From the NCBI GenBank assembly GCA_047495785.1, contig JBLDXI010000013.1:496001-560000 (forward strand): DNA of 64,000 bases, in the 5' to 3' direction. Position 1 is the stretch's first letter, and each line of letters opens with the position of its first letter. Source of the DNA: Lepidodermella squamata (Eukaryota > Animalia > Gastrotricha). A program made the position numbers and the translations under genes. Below, one piece after another: positions 39,601 through 53,047 of this stretch. The notes under the pieces are model-generated. The model did no database searches. It was given only the letters and a program-made list of their open reading frames with translations, and had not been told where the DNA came from.

Positions 39601-42600
39601 AAGGCCGAACTGCGTAGTGACAACAGCGGCCGGCTGAATTGTTTTACAGAAGGCAGCATGAACCAGAACGATACCGTGAATCCATTCGGGCATTTCGAAA
39701 GGTCACCTGGGCATTGCTTGTCTAAATCCATGGCGTTGCCCGTCTTCCAATCGGACGGGTAGGTGATTTCGAAAACAGGTGTTGCGAGGGACTTCTTCAG
39801 GTAGTTGAACGGTGATATGGAGCTGGTTTGATCCAACATCTGAGGCTGGAACACATTGCGGTATTGAGCGATTGCCGGGCAGTCGTCGGTGGTGAATGGC
39901 GTGACGGAGTAGTTGGCGCGGAACCAAATATCGTCGACGTACAGCGGTACAACCTTGCTCATGTCGGAGTTCGAGCAGCCAACGGTGGCATTGGTGAACA
40001 AATACATGAGCTGGGCGTTGCGAATAGGCCCAGCTTGGCTGATAGCGACATCGTCGGTTTGCAGTTGTCCGTTGACGTAGACCTCAAGACCACCGGTGAC
40101 ATTCCAGCGGAACATCAAGTTGAACCACAGATCACTTGTCACGATGTAAATTCTCAATCGCGACCACAGGTACGTTCCGTTCGAGACTCCAACGCCCAAG
40201 ATACCCTGGTTCAGTGAAATGTAGACTCCAGGCTCGCCAGGTTGCTGGCCTCCAGTCGAGAAGATGTATCCGCTCGCTGTCAAGTTCACCAATTTGATCC
40301 ACATGCTGAACACGAAGCCCGAGTTACCGCAAAGCGTGACGTTGGTCAAGCAGGTTCCGGCAAAATTACCGAGGCTGACGCAAGATTTGCTTGAGGCAAC
40401 TGTCTTGAGCGCTCGGCCCTGGTACCGTCGATCGACGTCAAAAGATGAATCTTGAGGCATGTTAAGTGTTCCCGGTAAAATGAAGAGATCGTGGGCCGGT
40501 CCGCTGAACGACCAGTAGTAGGTGCCGGTGATCAAATAGATTGCCTCTTGTTGCGGCATACCCATCATCAGGCCAAGTTGAGCGATATTGGACATCGCAG
40601 TTGGATAGATAGCCAGTTGGTGTATTTCGAAATCTTGTTTACCAGACCCGGTAACGGTGGTGTCAATGCCGCCAACAACAAATGTGGCGTTTGCCTCAGT
40701 GGTCCCGGTTAGATAAGGAGCCGGATCTGCAGCATTGTTCACGCGAGCTGCGTACAGAGTAGTCGTCAGGACGCCGTTAACCCAGCAAGTCGCCACGCCG
40801 CCGTCAAGGTTGTAAGAGACAGCTACGTTTATCCACTTGTTAAGAATCTGTTGCCAGGTTGCGACAACGCCTGTAGCATCGTTAGGCGGCGTCGAGCTGC
40901 AGCCGGGTATGTCAAGACCATTGGCAACCGTTCGAATCCTGATACCACCCTTGCCAGCGAAGTACTTGTCGGTAGCAAAGATGACCTGGCCAGGCTGTTG
41001 AATGTTGATCTTCACCCACATGGCGACTGTAAAGTTGTTTCGCCAGTTCGAGGCGTTCATCATTACCAGTGGCGCCATAGATTCGGGCAGGTTGAAACGG
41101 GCGCTTACCGGGGTGATGGTAATGCCGTACGAGTAGCCGTATTTCGGATCAACGTACTTCTGAGCGATAGCTAACCGAATTCCATACAGCGAATTTTGCC
41201 AGTTCGAAATCAACCGATATCGATCGAACCAAATGCTCGCATTTCCGTACCATGGATTCTCAATCAAACCGAACATCTTGGGAATATCTAGCGGGTTGAA
41301 GTTCTTATGATAGACTGCCAAGGTGTCATAGGCGAAGAAGCCAGTGTGATTCATCACTCCGTTGTAGAACGAATTGACACCCATCAAGGCGCGATTGTCA
41401 TAACGCCAGATAGGTTTAGCGTCGGTAATGCTGTCAACTCCAACAATGTTGGCTCGAGAAGCATACGCTTTGAGAACGCCGTTGATGAAGAAATACAGAC
41501 CGATGTCGAGTGACCAAGAAATTGACATATGATACCACGTGTCTCTCTTCACGTCCATCGCAGGAACACTAGCGCGCCACACGGCGTAGTTGGCCGTTTT
41601 GCCGTTGTTCACGTTGAAGTCACTGTACCGCGAAACTTCAATCCAGAGCGCGCGGTTTGGAACAGACGAAGTGTCTACTTCAAGCCACAACGAAACACCG
41701 ATACAATGTTCGTCGACGTTACCAGTCGTGAAGATGTAGTGACGACCTGGGTGTGTGATCGATTCTGAAATGTAGAAGTAGCCTCCGTACGTCGCCCCGG
41801 ATGAGTCGCAGTTGGCAGGGTTTACCAAGCAGCTTGTACTCTGATTCAAGAAAATCGAATTCGAGTATGGGTCCCTGAAGCCCAAGAAGCTGTTCGTCGA
41901 ATTGGCGGTCATTACGGTGTGGCCTTTAACATCGGTGTCATCAACGTTGATCTTGATGAATCCTGTATCTGGATACAGCCACATGCCACCAACCTTGCTC
42001 CAGTAGAGTGTGCGATCACGGATGACGAAATAGTCACTGGACCAGACGTTGGTAGCGTTCCACAGAACCACGGCTTCTTTTTCGGACAATCCCAAGAATT
42101 TGTAGGTCTCGAACGGGTAGATGTAAGTCCGCCAAACGACAAAGTCATTCACCGCTGTACCAGCGAGGGACGATGAGAGGAAGCCATCACTACCGATGAT
42201 AATCTGGTTTGTGACGAATTTGCTTCGAGCGTCGGCAATGTTGGCTGTCACGGCCGGTGCGCCCATAACCGTCGGGGAAATCAGCTGCGGATATTCAGGA
42301 ACAAAAGGTGTAGGCAAGCCATTGATGTAAGTTTGGATTCCTAGTTCTTTGCGGTAGCTGAAAGCTAGGTTAACCCAGCGGCCGAGTAGGGGTCCGCAAT
42401 CGCCCGGGAACTGAGCCACAGTCGTTCCGATCCGGATGAAAACGTGGTTGCCCTCAGTGTACAGCTCCCATGATTTCTCAGTGCGGTCGCTAGCTGTCGA
42501 GCCACTCGGGGCGTAAATGTTCCTCGCGATGGTGTAGTGATCGTTCATTACTCGCAGGCTAGCGGTTGATGGCATCATGACCCAGATCGACATGCTGAAG

Positions 42601-44918
42601 CCTCGAGTGCACGTGTCCAGTGAGTGCGGGCAATCATCGACGACTGAGTAATCGGTCTTGTTTCGAACATCAATGTAGAAGTAGGAGCTCGAATTCTGGA
42701 GTTGAGCGGCGTATGTTGTCTTCAACAAGTTCGGATCGATCCCAGCAGTCGATCCCACTGAACGAGGATCAGACCGACCGGGGAAAACGTTGTTGATCAT
42801 GCCTTTGTCCGCGTAGCAAGGTCCAATCGATACATTTGCCATGTATGGAGTAGGCATATACGTTGGATTGCCGCTAGGAATAAAATCGCCCGGATGGAAC
42901 TTGTAGTACATGTCAGCCATGGCGTAGTACGGATTGACCGCTGGCAAATAAAATGCTCAATTATTTAGTGGACATGGGTCAACTTTGAAGGAAACTCACG
43001 TTCTGGAATTGGGTTAACAGATTTCGCGCGATCGGGGTTAATGTTTATCTTGGGCATAGCTTTGCCTCCCAACAAATATGGTACCTCTTCGTCGCGAATT
43101 CGCCAAGCCCAGAAAGCCACGTCATCAATAATCGCCGAGGTGAACTGCAAAAATATAATCAAAAAATGTTAACGAGGGTATCAAATTACTAGGCAGCTCG
43201 AATGTAATTTAGCTTATTCAAGCACTAAACAATGGTGTACATGAGTTCCAGTTTTGAGATTTGTCTTACATAGTATTTGCTGGGGGTGGCACTGTTGGAA
43301 AGTGAAGTTGTTCCCCAAGGATCACCCTGGCAACCGATGTAGATGGCAGTGGCGTTTCGCGGGTTCACCGGCGTAGCCCATTGGCTGAAGACTGGGTAAG
43401 TACCCGTTGCGTTGGTTGCTGTCGAATTCTCAATGGGTGGGATTACGATGCAGCCGAGATCTTCGTCGACGTAGCCAGTGCTGATCTCGCACTTTCGTCC
43501 GAAAATGAACACATCGATGTAGTAGTCCTTGCTTGTAGGCGGCTTGCTTGGCAAGGCACGCTGCCAGCGGAAGCCGATGTTGGTCCAGAATGTGTTAGCG
43601 CCATCGTCAGACGGCGGCCAGATAATGCCATTGCCGTCAGTAATAGCTACGTCCTGAATGTACAGATAGTTGACATCTGTCACAACTACTCGAATGTAGT
43701 GTTGTTGGCCATCCGATGAAGTCGTGTGCCACATGCTCCAGCCGACGATTGGGTATGCGCCCGGGTCAGAGTACATCAAAGAAGGATTGCTACTAGCGCC
43801 GTAGTCGGTTCCAGCCAAGAAGCGCACCTTATCGGGTTCCACGAGCCATGTCGAGTTGTACTTGATCCACATGGAGACAGTGAAGCCGTTGCTCTCACAT
43901 TTCGATGGATTGATCATGCATTTCTCTTGCCAGAACTTCTCGGGATTAGTATCGAAATTTCCAATGTAAATGCAATCTTTCTGCGTCTCGTCCGTGATTG
44001 TTGGGTCGAGATTCAGCACCATACAGTCTTCAGTGTTGCTCAGACGCTGGCATGGTACTTGATCTGGGCAGTTACCATCAAAAAGACCGTTGTTCAAATC
44101 GTTCCAGTAGCCATCCATCTTGCTCGATGGTACGAACAAGATGTTGTTTTGGACTTGCGAGCACAGCCGATTGTAAGCGTCAGGGTTATACAGATCGACA
44201 GATAGGCCTTTCGTGTTTGTATAGCTCACGGGTCCAGCCTGAAGCAACAGGTCGAAGTAGCCATCGGCTACCAAAGGTGGCCATTTCTCGCATCGATTGA
44301 CCCTAATATCACGGACACAGTGAAAATGTACCTAATATATCATCTTTCAAGCCTACTTGGATGACCCTTGAATGCTTGTTGTGCCTGTATTTTTCACTTT
44401 CACGACCTGCTTCTTGTCGGTTCTCTTTATCATGTCGGTTTTGTTGCAAGCCCACCACGGTGAGTAGAAGTTTTCACCCGTGTCAGCTCGGAAGTTCGAC
44501 TGGGCGACGCCATCGAATGACCAATAGAAATGGGCCGTATCCGAATATACCAAGCCTGTTACACCCCAAAAATCAAGTCAAAACAGAAAAAGGGGAGACA
44601 TCGTTAAGCTACTTGTAATGTTGACAGTTGGCATCTTCGGAACTCGTGGGACTGAAATAGAAAACACAAAAACAAACATGAATCAGGGCTGCTCCGTCGA
44701 AGGATGATCCCCCGATTAATATACAACGATTATGAGGCCGCAAAACGCCTTTCTGAGTTGCACCACTGGTGTGTGTATGTAATTGTATAATGCACACGTT
44801 TAATGCACACATCACTCGGCAAAATAAGAAGCTGTAACGGTAGCAGCAAAATAAAAGCGAAGCTAAAATTGCTGCTAAGCAAACGTCCACACGAATGCCG
44901 ACGATTCACATTTGACAT
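36664..44918 (-). CDS. Giant adhesion GPCR (ADGRD/GPR133-like): signal peptide, about 6 LamG/pentraxin-like domains, GAIN/GPS, 7TM
   Basis: GPS CAFF...WNTTGC...TTCTCTHLTNFAVLM; secretin-like 7TM (NTIHINLVVAL, CWLS, LLPLFGVTWLFG, FNSLQGFFIF); repeated C..G[FA][TS]..[MF]W LamG motifs. The 5' exons are uncertain. Confidence 0.9.
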
Positions 44919-45757
44919 TGAGTCCTGATATTGCTAGATCAAATGGAAAATGGACGCTCTTGAATTCGAATTAATGTTATTCCTTCCAGTAAGAATTACT
45001 CACCAGTTATCGCTGATAGCGATATTCACCTGCACTATTTCGCGTCCACCTTGTAAAGCTGCTTCTCGCAAACAGTTTTTTCGAAAATGAAAATAAATGA
45101 ACTGCTAGTTGCAAATGCGATCGTGGAAGAAAGAATAGCAAAAAGGCGATGTTTTTCGGCTGCCTTTTGCTTATCGATCAATGCGGCTAGGCTCGGTACC
45201 AGTAAACTGAGGCAAACAAAATATAAACCACCGAGCGGTAGCTAAGGCCGAGCCCAGTTCGCACCATTTGCCTCATCAATAATTAAGACATCACACCGGC
45301 TCGAACGCCGCTGGGGTGTAACAGCTTACTGCGTCACCAAGTTACGGGGAAAATACCGTATGTAGCCAATCGATATCATAGGTAAAAATACGTCAGCATT
45401 CGCGAAAATTCGTGTGTGAACTTGCAGGAAAAAAAAGCTGTGTGGAAATTAATTTCATCATATCTAATCAGACTGAATTTGCACCAGTTAGGAAATATTC
45501 AATAAGATGACAACTATTCATCAGTTTTGAGCAAAACAAAACAAAGCTTCTTCTACACATCGTCTTGCATTTTATTGCAGAGCACAGAACAGATGATAAC
45601 GGTCTGTATGCGATCGAACATATATCATAATTAGTCGGGCGGTGGCGAAAAACAATCGAACTTTTAGTTTCATACGCTACTGATGGGCGACACGAATAAA
45701 AAATAGGCCTCAGGAGTTTTTCGTAGACTTCTAGAACAGTTCCTGATGTAATCAAGC

Positions 45758-46714
45758 CTATAGGTCAGAGCGGCAACCAAATCCAGGGCCTTTCGGAGGT
45801 TCGGTGAGCGATGTCAAGCCTTTGAGCGGTTCGCAGCAGAACCGCCCACTTCGAGGTCCGGGTACGGGTTTTTTGCCAGCCTTTAGATTTTCGATAATTT
45901 CTTCGACATCTTTCTTCGTCAAATCCTCCTGGAAAAAACAAGACAAATTGAAACTAGGGAGTGTACAGCTGCGATTTCAACTTACATAATAATCATCATT
46001 AACTTGCATCATAGGAGCATTGACGCAAGCACCGAGACATTCAACCTCGTTCAACGTGAACAACCCATCTTTAGTTGTTTCTCCGTTTTTAATGCCCAAT
46101 TTTTTGCTGAGAACTTCCATAACCATATCGGAACCAGCTCCGCCCAACATACATGGTGTGGTGGTGCATACTTGTAGGTGGAATTTCCCTACAGGCTCGC
46201 GCTTGAACATAGTGTAGAAGGTAGCGACTTCATAAACTCGCATCCGCGCAACGCCAACAACTTCGGCGACTTTGTGCATAGCTGATATTGGCAGCCATCC
46301 TAGAAAAAGGAAATAATTATTAAACTCATTATCAATACCCCAAACCAACAGACCATGTTGCCTCTGCGCCAAATCGAGGACCGGTAGTAAAGCAGCCTGC
46401 TTGTGACCTTCCGGGTAATTAGCTAGAATGGATTGAATTCTCTGTATTAAACCATATGAACTTTATGACATTAGATTTCAATTATGACTCTCACTTTCAG
46501 ATTTTCCGATGTGAACTCAAAGGGAGTATCTGGGTTGTTCTTCGGATTATCACGGTGCTATTCGCAAACATAAATGTACAATACGAACATCAATATAAAA
46601 ATAATTCAAACTAACCACAAATAATTGGTCAGACGCGACTAGGCGAGTAGTCTGATACTGACGAGAGACCAGACTTCTCAACGGAAAACGTTGGAGAAGA
46701 TTGCGAAAACTCAT
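45758..46714 (-). CDS. NDUFV2: NADH dehydrogenase (complex I) 24 kDa flavoprotein subunit; 5 exons
   Basis: Mitochondrial presequence; HRDNPKNNP; [30 protein letters not shown]; CTTTPCML and [11 protein letters not shown] (2Fe-2S ligands). Confidence 0.98.
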
Positions 46715-47699
46715 TTTTTAATTATAGCTATTTAATCAATATCAGGAGCTAGATTTATCATCTCGTGAACCTGAACACCTAACTATTCAAGGGTCTATAA
46801 TTCACGTTGAAAATCTGCCGGAGAAATGCAGCACGGCGAGATCTAACATGAATAAAATGTCGTCGACATTTTTTCGTTTCATCAATGCCAGCAAAAACCA
46901 ACTATGCGACAAGAAATTAAATAATAACAACATAAAACCAAAGACCGTCAAGCAAAAAAGAGCATAAAAAGCAATACGGGATGAGGTAGATTCATGTTAT
47001 TTTTCCGGGTGGCTTCTAAACCTACTTCTACCCAATTTACACATGACTATCCATATAAAGAACTCTAATATTACACAAATCGGCTAAAAAGAAGAATTAT
47101 AGTGGCTCGGTAGGACAAGTTTCGCTTTCCATATAACGTAAATCCGCAATGACTAAGATTTTGCTTGTTGCAGAGAATTTTGTAATAGCATAAGTGCACT
47201 GAATTTGCCAAAAAGTCTAATCGCCAAGTTCAAACTCGCGCTCTTCCACGTGATTTTCCGATCATTACAACAGGCAAGCTCAGCTATACCTGTAAGAACT
47301 CTCTTGAAGAGCAAAACGATTGCGCAGAAACAGCTCAAAAAGGAACTGAGCTCAAACGCAGCTGAGCTGCTTAAATATCACGCGCCGCTGCTTCGAAGAC
47401 CAAGATGCCGCTTTTATAAGAAAAATTCAATATAGGTTTTCTGCTCGAAAAAATCAACAGTAAAAACGTTTACGCCCTGCTAAATTGCGCATTTGTAATT
47501 GCAAACATCGCTTAAGCGCGCACGCAACTAACTTAGCTTTTATTTACCCATTTAAAACTTTCCAGTTGATTTGTTTCAGAGAAAAATATCATCAATGGAT
47601 AGAGAATTTGGTGATCTACAAGTATTTCGTCATAAAAATCTAATCTTTGGGCCCTATATGAGAAGGCCTCTATTTGCTGCGTGTACAACGCATGAGAGA

Positions 47700-47712
47700 T
47701 GACCTATGACCT
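47700..47712. promoter_or_regulatory. Perfect DR1 nuclear-receptor element
   Basis: TGACCT-A-TGACCT between the divergent NDUFV2 and coiled-coil genes. Confidence 0.4.
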
Positions 47713-48885
47713 TAGCTCTTACATTTCCAAACAGTTATCACATTTTAAAGGTTCAAATGCATGTTTTAATTCCGTTTAGATTTTGAGATGTTCGTAACAT
47801 TGAGCCTACGTCTGCTGAGAACATGTTCCTAATTCCTAGTTCCTAACCTCTCCTAAATCTTAAAAGTTTAAGTCTTGGCATTGAGAACCACTGACTGTGT
47901 TTGCCACTAACAGTAACTTTACAAAATTTACTTTACGTTTGCTTGCATCCGATTTTGTGGGGTTTCACAACCTTTCTTGCTTTTTGATAGCACGTCTAAT
48001 AGGAGAGCCAACTCCTATTGTACGCATGTCAAATACGCACGGCTATAATAAAGTCCTTTCGGCTTTGATGATAATTATATCGGTTTCATTCTCCTCAGGG
48101 TTTTGCCGCCCTCGACGCGGATGCTTTTGGGCTTCGGGCGACCAAAAATTGCACGTTGCACGGCAAGCAGTGGACGCAAAGGCCGAATTCGTGCGACTTG
48201 CAACCGTTAACCGCCATCCATCTCGGGCCGTAAGGGATGCAGAAGAACCAAGCAAACCTTCGTATTTTCACGGCTGCCTTAAACCTTTCACCATACTCCT
48301 AAAACCTTAAAGTCGCCGCGCGTAAAGATGCTTCACCTTAAAAGAGAGCTTAAAAGACCTTGAAAACCTTTAAAGAGAGCGCAAAACGCGACTCCGATTT
48401 TTTTATTTTCGCTTTACTTTTCATTCGCTTTTTCATTTTCTGAGATCACCCAAAAAGTTGCTGCTTTTTGATGTTCACCTTGAAAATCATATTATTATAC
48501 TTAAATTCACAATAAATTAACGGAGGTCTGCAATATAATTGTGTATTTTGAAGCCTAGGCAACGATATTTGTTCCTTGATGCGACGCATGAAAGGCCACC
48601 GACGCTCTGAAGTCCCGGACATGCTTCAGGCTTTAGGTTCTTGGCGGAGTTGATTCGACTTTCTATATTGAGGTAGCGCATATTAGTTGGCCGATTTAGA
48701 CAAATACTCCGAAATGGTTTTTGATACACCCAAGTACCAAGTACTCTTTGAATAACGAATGCAGTCTTTCCTTTCAATTGTCTTACTTCCCTGAACCCAA
48801 AGTTTACCTGCATGACATTGATTATGTGTCTTGTTCTACATTTCTGAAAAACTTTTTTGCGTTTAGGTACTCGAATTAGGTACTG

Positions 48886-50292
48886 ATGCAGAAAGAATTA
48901 GGTTGGGGTCGAAAAGCTGTCGAAAGATTTGCAGTAGATAAACAACTTCAAATCGAAGCTCTAAGGTGATACTAGTGCTACTTGCAATCTTTCCTATTTC
49001 AACCCTGTTTTAAAATTCAGGCAAATCGGTATCGATGTGGCTTTGTATCAAGAATTGGAACGAAGAGCTGCTTTAGAGGTGTTATTTGTTAAAATATTGG
49101 AGAAACCACACTCTTAGTATCTCCCCCAGGCCGAGATAAGACGAGCTACTATTCAGCAAGAGCAGTCAACAGATGCTAAATATTTTCGTTATATCAAACC
49201 TGGGAAGCAAATCTCGCCCAAAGAAAGAGAGCTTCGAAACAAGATTACTGCATTATCTTCTCTAGTTAAAGATCAACGAGATGCAGCTAATGCCTTGGAG
49301 GACAAAATAGCCAGATGCAAAGATGCAACATCCCAGAATTGGACCGACACAAACAAAGCTGTGCACAACTGCCTTATTGAAGATGAAAGGTAGCGTTAGG
49401 CTTTTTACCCACCTATAATTGTAGTTACTTAAGGGATCTGCCGTAATATTCAGATTGGAAAAGAATGGGCCTAGATTAATTCACAACTGCAACAAAGCTG
49501 TTGGTTTTGAGAAGATCTCCGTTGAAAACATGAAATCTCATATTGCGCAAGACATCGCATTACTGCAGCGGGAATGTGACGACCTTGACAAAAGAATATC
49601 CGGACAGAAAACACATGTTGAATATATTCGTAATTACGAGGTACATTTTAATATTGATAATTTGCTGCGCATGACTTTCTTCTTACATTTAGCGACTGGG
49701 TTTGCCGCGAGACTTGAGAAAGATTGACCAATTGGAGGAAGAACTCAGAAGATTAAAAATGAAGGCAAAATATTGATGAAAAAGTTAACTGATAATAATT
49801 GCGTTGCATTTCATTAGGAACAGTCGAAAGACCTCGACGCTCTCAACGCACCTGAGGTCGAGGATCTAAGGGTGGAATTGACCGATCATGTCTTTCAGAT
49901 GGGCAATTATTACGCTCGGAAAACGTTGAAGCATCGAGTTCCTGATGGTCTGCTACAATTGGTTGATACAAATAGAACGTTGCGTAAGGTAAATGACGAA
50001 CCCATTTTGGTTGATACAAGTTTTAACAATTTATATGGCACAAGGAAAAAACCATGTTGCTGAATGAGATAGATCAGCTCACAAAAGATATTGCCAATAT
50101 CAAGCAAACCCTCCGGCAGTTACCATGTCGCAGAAAGTCGGCTGTTGTCAAGTCAACACTGTATCCAGAATTTTCGCAAGATAAGCTGTGAGTTGAATTA
50201 CGCTGGGAGAAAACCATTTATTTTCTGAAATCACTTTCGTTTTCAGATTTTCTAAATCTAACACTGCTATCGCCGTCAACTCGAGTGCTTGA
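48886..50292 (+). CDS. Coiled-coil protein, C20orf96/DUF4618-like (tentative); about 8 exons, one GC-AG intron
   Basis: Exons splice in frame from MQKELGWGRK to ...AVNSSA*. The segments YIRNYERLGLPRDLRKIDQLEEELRRLK...DLDAL and NRTLRKEKTMLLNEIDQL...LYPE resemble C20orf96 by recall. Confidence 0.55.
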
Positions 50293-50438
50293 TTAACCTC
50301 AGTTCTTGTTGTATTTTTATTGAAACAATTGAAAATAAAAATGGAAACGTTATCACTTTATTTCTGAAAAACAAGCATTCAATCTAGAAGTAGTAATCAA
50401 CAATAATAACATGTAAATTGAGGTTCACTCGAAAAAGA

Positions 50439-52249
50439 TTAAGCATCGATGGAATCCGAGCTGGAATCTTTATCTACCCCTTCTTCCTCGTTTTCCGATT
50501 TCTGACTATCAGAGGAAGATTGAGAATTTTCTGGCTCATCCGGGTTAGTTTCCGCGATTGCGGTGCAATCTGCATTTTCGTCGTCATCGTCAGAACTGCA
50601 GCTGCCCAAACTTAGACCATCTTCGGCAAGAGCTTTGGCCACCTCGTCATTCATTTCTCGAATAGCGTCATTTGACCAAACTATCACCTTTTCCGCTTCA
50701 GTTTCGTCAGGGACTGTCGAACAGCCGGCTGTATCTTCTTTAGAAATGATGAGATTTGTTCTTTTTCCCTTATTATTTCCCCGTTCGTCGATTCGAACTG
50801 GAGACTTAATATCGACCTCGCCCGGTAACAAAAAGAGCTTCTCCTCGACACGTTCCCAGCGCTCCGAGCACGCCCACAGCCAGGCCAAAGTGACGATGTG
50901 ACATGGCGCTTCTTCATTTAGATTTTGAGCCATCTTAACCTTCGCTGTATCTGTTGGAAGATTAATATTGATTTAATTATTATCCATATAACTAAAATGA
51001 AAAATTACTCCAATAAGCAGCTATCACATGAGTAGTGCGTTCGTCCACGGGATCGATTACAATGTCCTCTTGGACAGTCGCGCCGAATTCCTTGGCAACG
51101 ACATAAGGTCTAGACTGTTCTTTGGGAATGTTCTTAGGTATGACACCGGAAAACACGATGCGGCAACCAGCGAGAACTTTTAATTTCAGCGCAGGAACAA
51201 TTGCTTTCGCATCAGGTATTGGAAACTTCTCGGGATTGGCGTTGTGCTGATCGTATTGCTCGTAAAATGATGTATGGATTTTGTTTAGTATATCTGGTAA
51301 ATACATCAGATAGTCATCAGTATCTTCTGTCGCTCGTTCATTCGATGGCGCATCGGTTTTTCGCCTTTTAGCATCATCGTCAGTTTCAGGATCGCCATTT
51401 CTGTCAGATGATGACTTCGAGCCAACTTCCGGCGTTTGGCTGTTTTTCGAACCAGGCGGAGCATTTATATCGCCGGTGTTGGCGAAGAAGAAATACGGCT
51501 TGACGCGGATGAGATTTTTCGCAAAATTCCACACCTCATCGCGGTCATCAATAATACAGACTAGACGGTCACCACACGGAAACAAATTCGCCAAATTGGC
51601 TGTTTTCGTCAACGGACTAAAGCACTCGTCACGAGACAAAATACGACTAGCGTGGAAAAGTTTCTTCTCCGGGTCTAGAAAACGAGCGATAGTGTGGGCG
51701 TAGAGTCTCGATCCAAACGTTGCGATGTGCAACTCATATCGAGCTGAGATATCTTCAAGAAACTTGATCGTCCCGGGCCTCAGTTTCGTATGATACCAGA
51801 CCATGTAGGGTCCATTGTTCATTTGAAAATGATGAACGTCCTGTAATTTTCTCGAGTTGTTAGATTTCGACAGTTGTAGCGATTCTTACCTTCATATCAG
51901 CGGGGATCCGTTCATTGGTGGTGTGCACTAAGGTTTGGTCAAGATCGACTAGCAAAACCAGCTGGCGTTTTTGAAGCAACCGGAGTATATCGGCTTCCCC
52001 TATTTCTTTAGCCCGCTCTTTACTGACAACCAATTCCGGAATAGAATGAATCATGGCTACATTTGCTGATTTACTTGAGGTTAACGAGCGTTTATGAGGA
52101 TGAGGAACTTCCTCGACAGTCGGGCGAACAGCAACTTGTTCAGCAGACCCTGCTGACGTCGCTCCTTTTTCTGTAGTTTGAAGGTCAGAGCCGCAAAGGC
52201 AGCACATGCCTTTCATTTGCACAGAATGGTCGCACATATCTTGTTTCAT
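50439..52249 (-). CDS. CTDP1: RNA polymerase II CTD phosphatase FCP1; 3 exons
   Basis: CDHSVQMKGMCCLCG; LVLLVDLDQTLVHTT (DxDxT); TKLRPG; LFPCGDRLVCIIDDRDEVW; BRCT domain (IVFSGVIP...TTHVIAA...WLWACSERWERVEE). Confidence 0.95.
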
Positions 52250-52285
52250 AATTTCATCTAAAAGGCAAAATTAAGCGAGATGTAA

Positions 52286-53047
52286 TTAATTAAGCTTCCT
52301 GTCAATTGTTTCGCGCAATCTTCGCAAAACTGGCTCGAGTTCATAAGTTAGCGGGTATTTTGTCCCATTCCACAGTAGGTGGCTGGGTTTACCGGAACTT
52401 CCATTTTCATAGAGGAAATGAGTGCTCAGCTCTATTGCCAACGACGATTTAATAAGAGCAACTGACCCAGCCCGTTTAGGGCCGGCATGGTAAACTCTAC
52501 CGGTGTCTGAGAGCATAAATACGCTGCTAGGATCGAATGGGAAGACATATAGTTCTCCGCAATTGTTAAGAATCATTTTATCAGGTGAGCCTTAAAAATT
52601 GCAGAAATTTCATCAGATGACTTACAATTAGGGACATATCTAACCTGGCAGGAAGGATGTGAGTACGTATGGTACGTCATCGCAGCGTACGTAGTTCAAC
52701 TCTGGTCCACATGGGGAAACAAACGGGAAATCGCAATAATATGGAGATTCCATGTTTTCATTCAGTTTCAGTCGCTTGAAAAAGAACTGCAAAAACGACT
52801 TTTCTAAACAAGGTCCGAGTGATTATAATTCGAACTACAAACATAGGAACTGTATACCTTTAAAACACGAAGTGAAATTCTTCATTCGAGAATCGTCAAG
52901 GAAAAGCTGCCCTTGGTGGTCGATAAAATAGAAGTACTCACGGGACCCTGATTTGGATGTTTGACCCTGCTCATAAGCGATATTTGAGCTAGCGGAACTC
53001 ATGAGGCGGGTCGGTACTAAGAATTTAACGAAGCCTTTCAACCACAT
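52286..53047 (-). CDS. C8orf82: C8orf82 / UPF0598 (DUF4505) homologue; 3 exons
   Basis: YEQGQ...REYFYFIDHQGQLFLDDSRMKNFTSCFK; FPFVSPCGPELNYVRCDD; GRVYHAGPKRAGSVALIKSSLAIELS. Confidence 0.9.

Noticed and set aside
37313-44300. Many plus-strand ORFs opposite the adhesion GPCR
   Set aside because: Antisense shadows of a codon-biased coding strand; no recognisable motifs.
47153-48813. ORFs between NDUFV2 and the coiled-coil gene as transposase remnants
   Set aside because: No DDE, RT or helicase motifs and no terminal repeats with target-site duplications.
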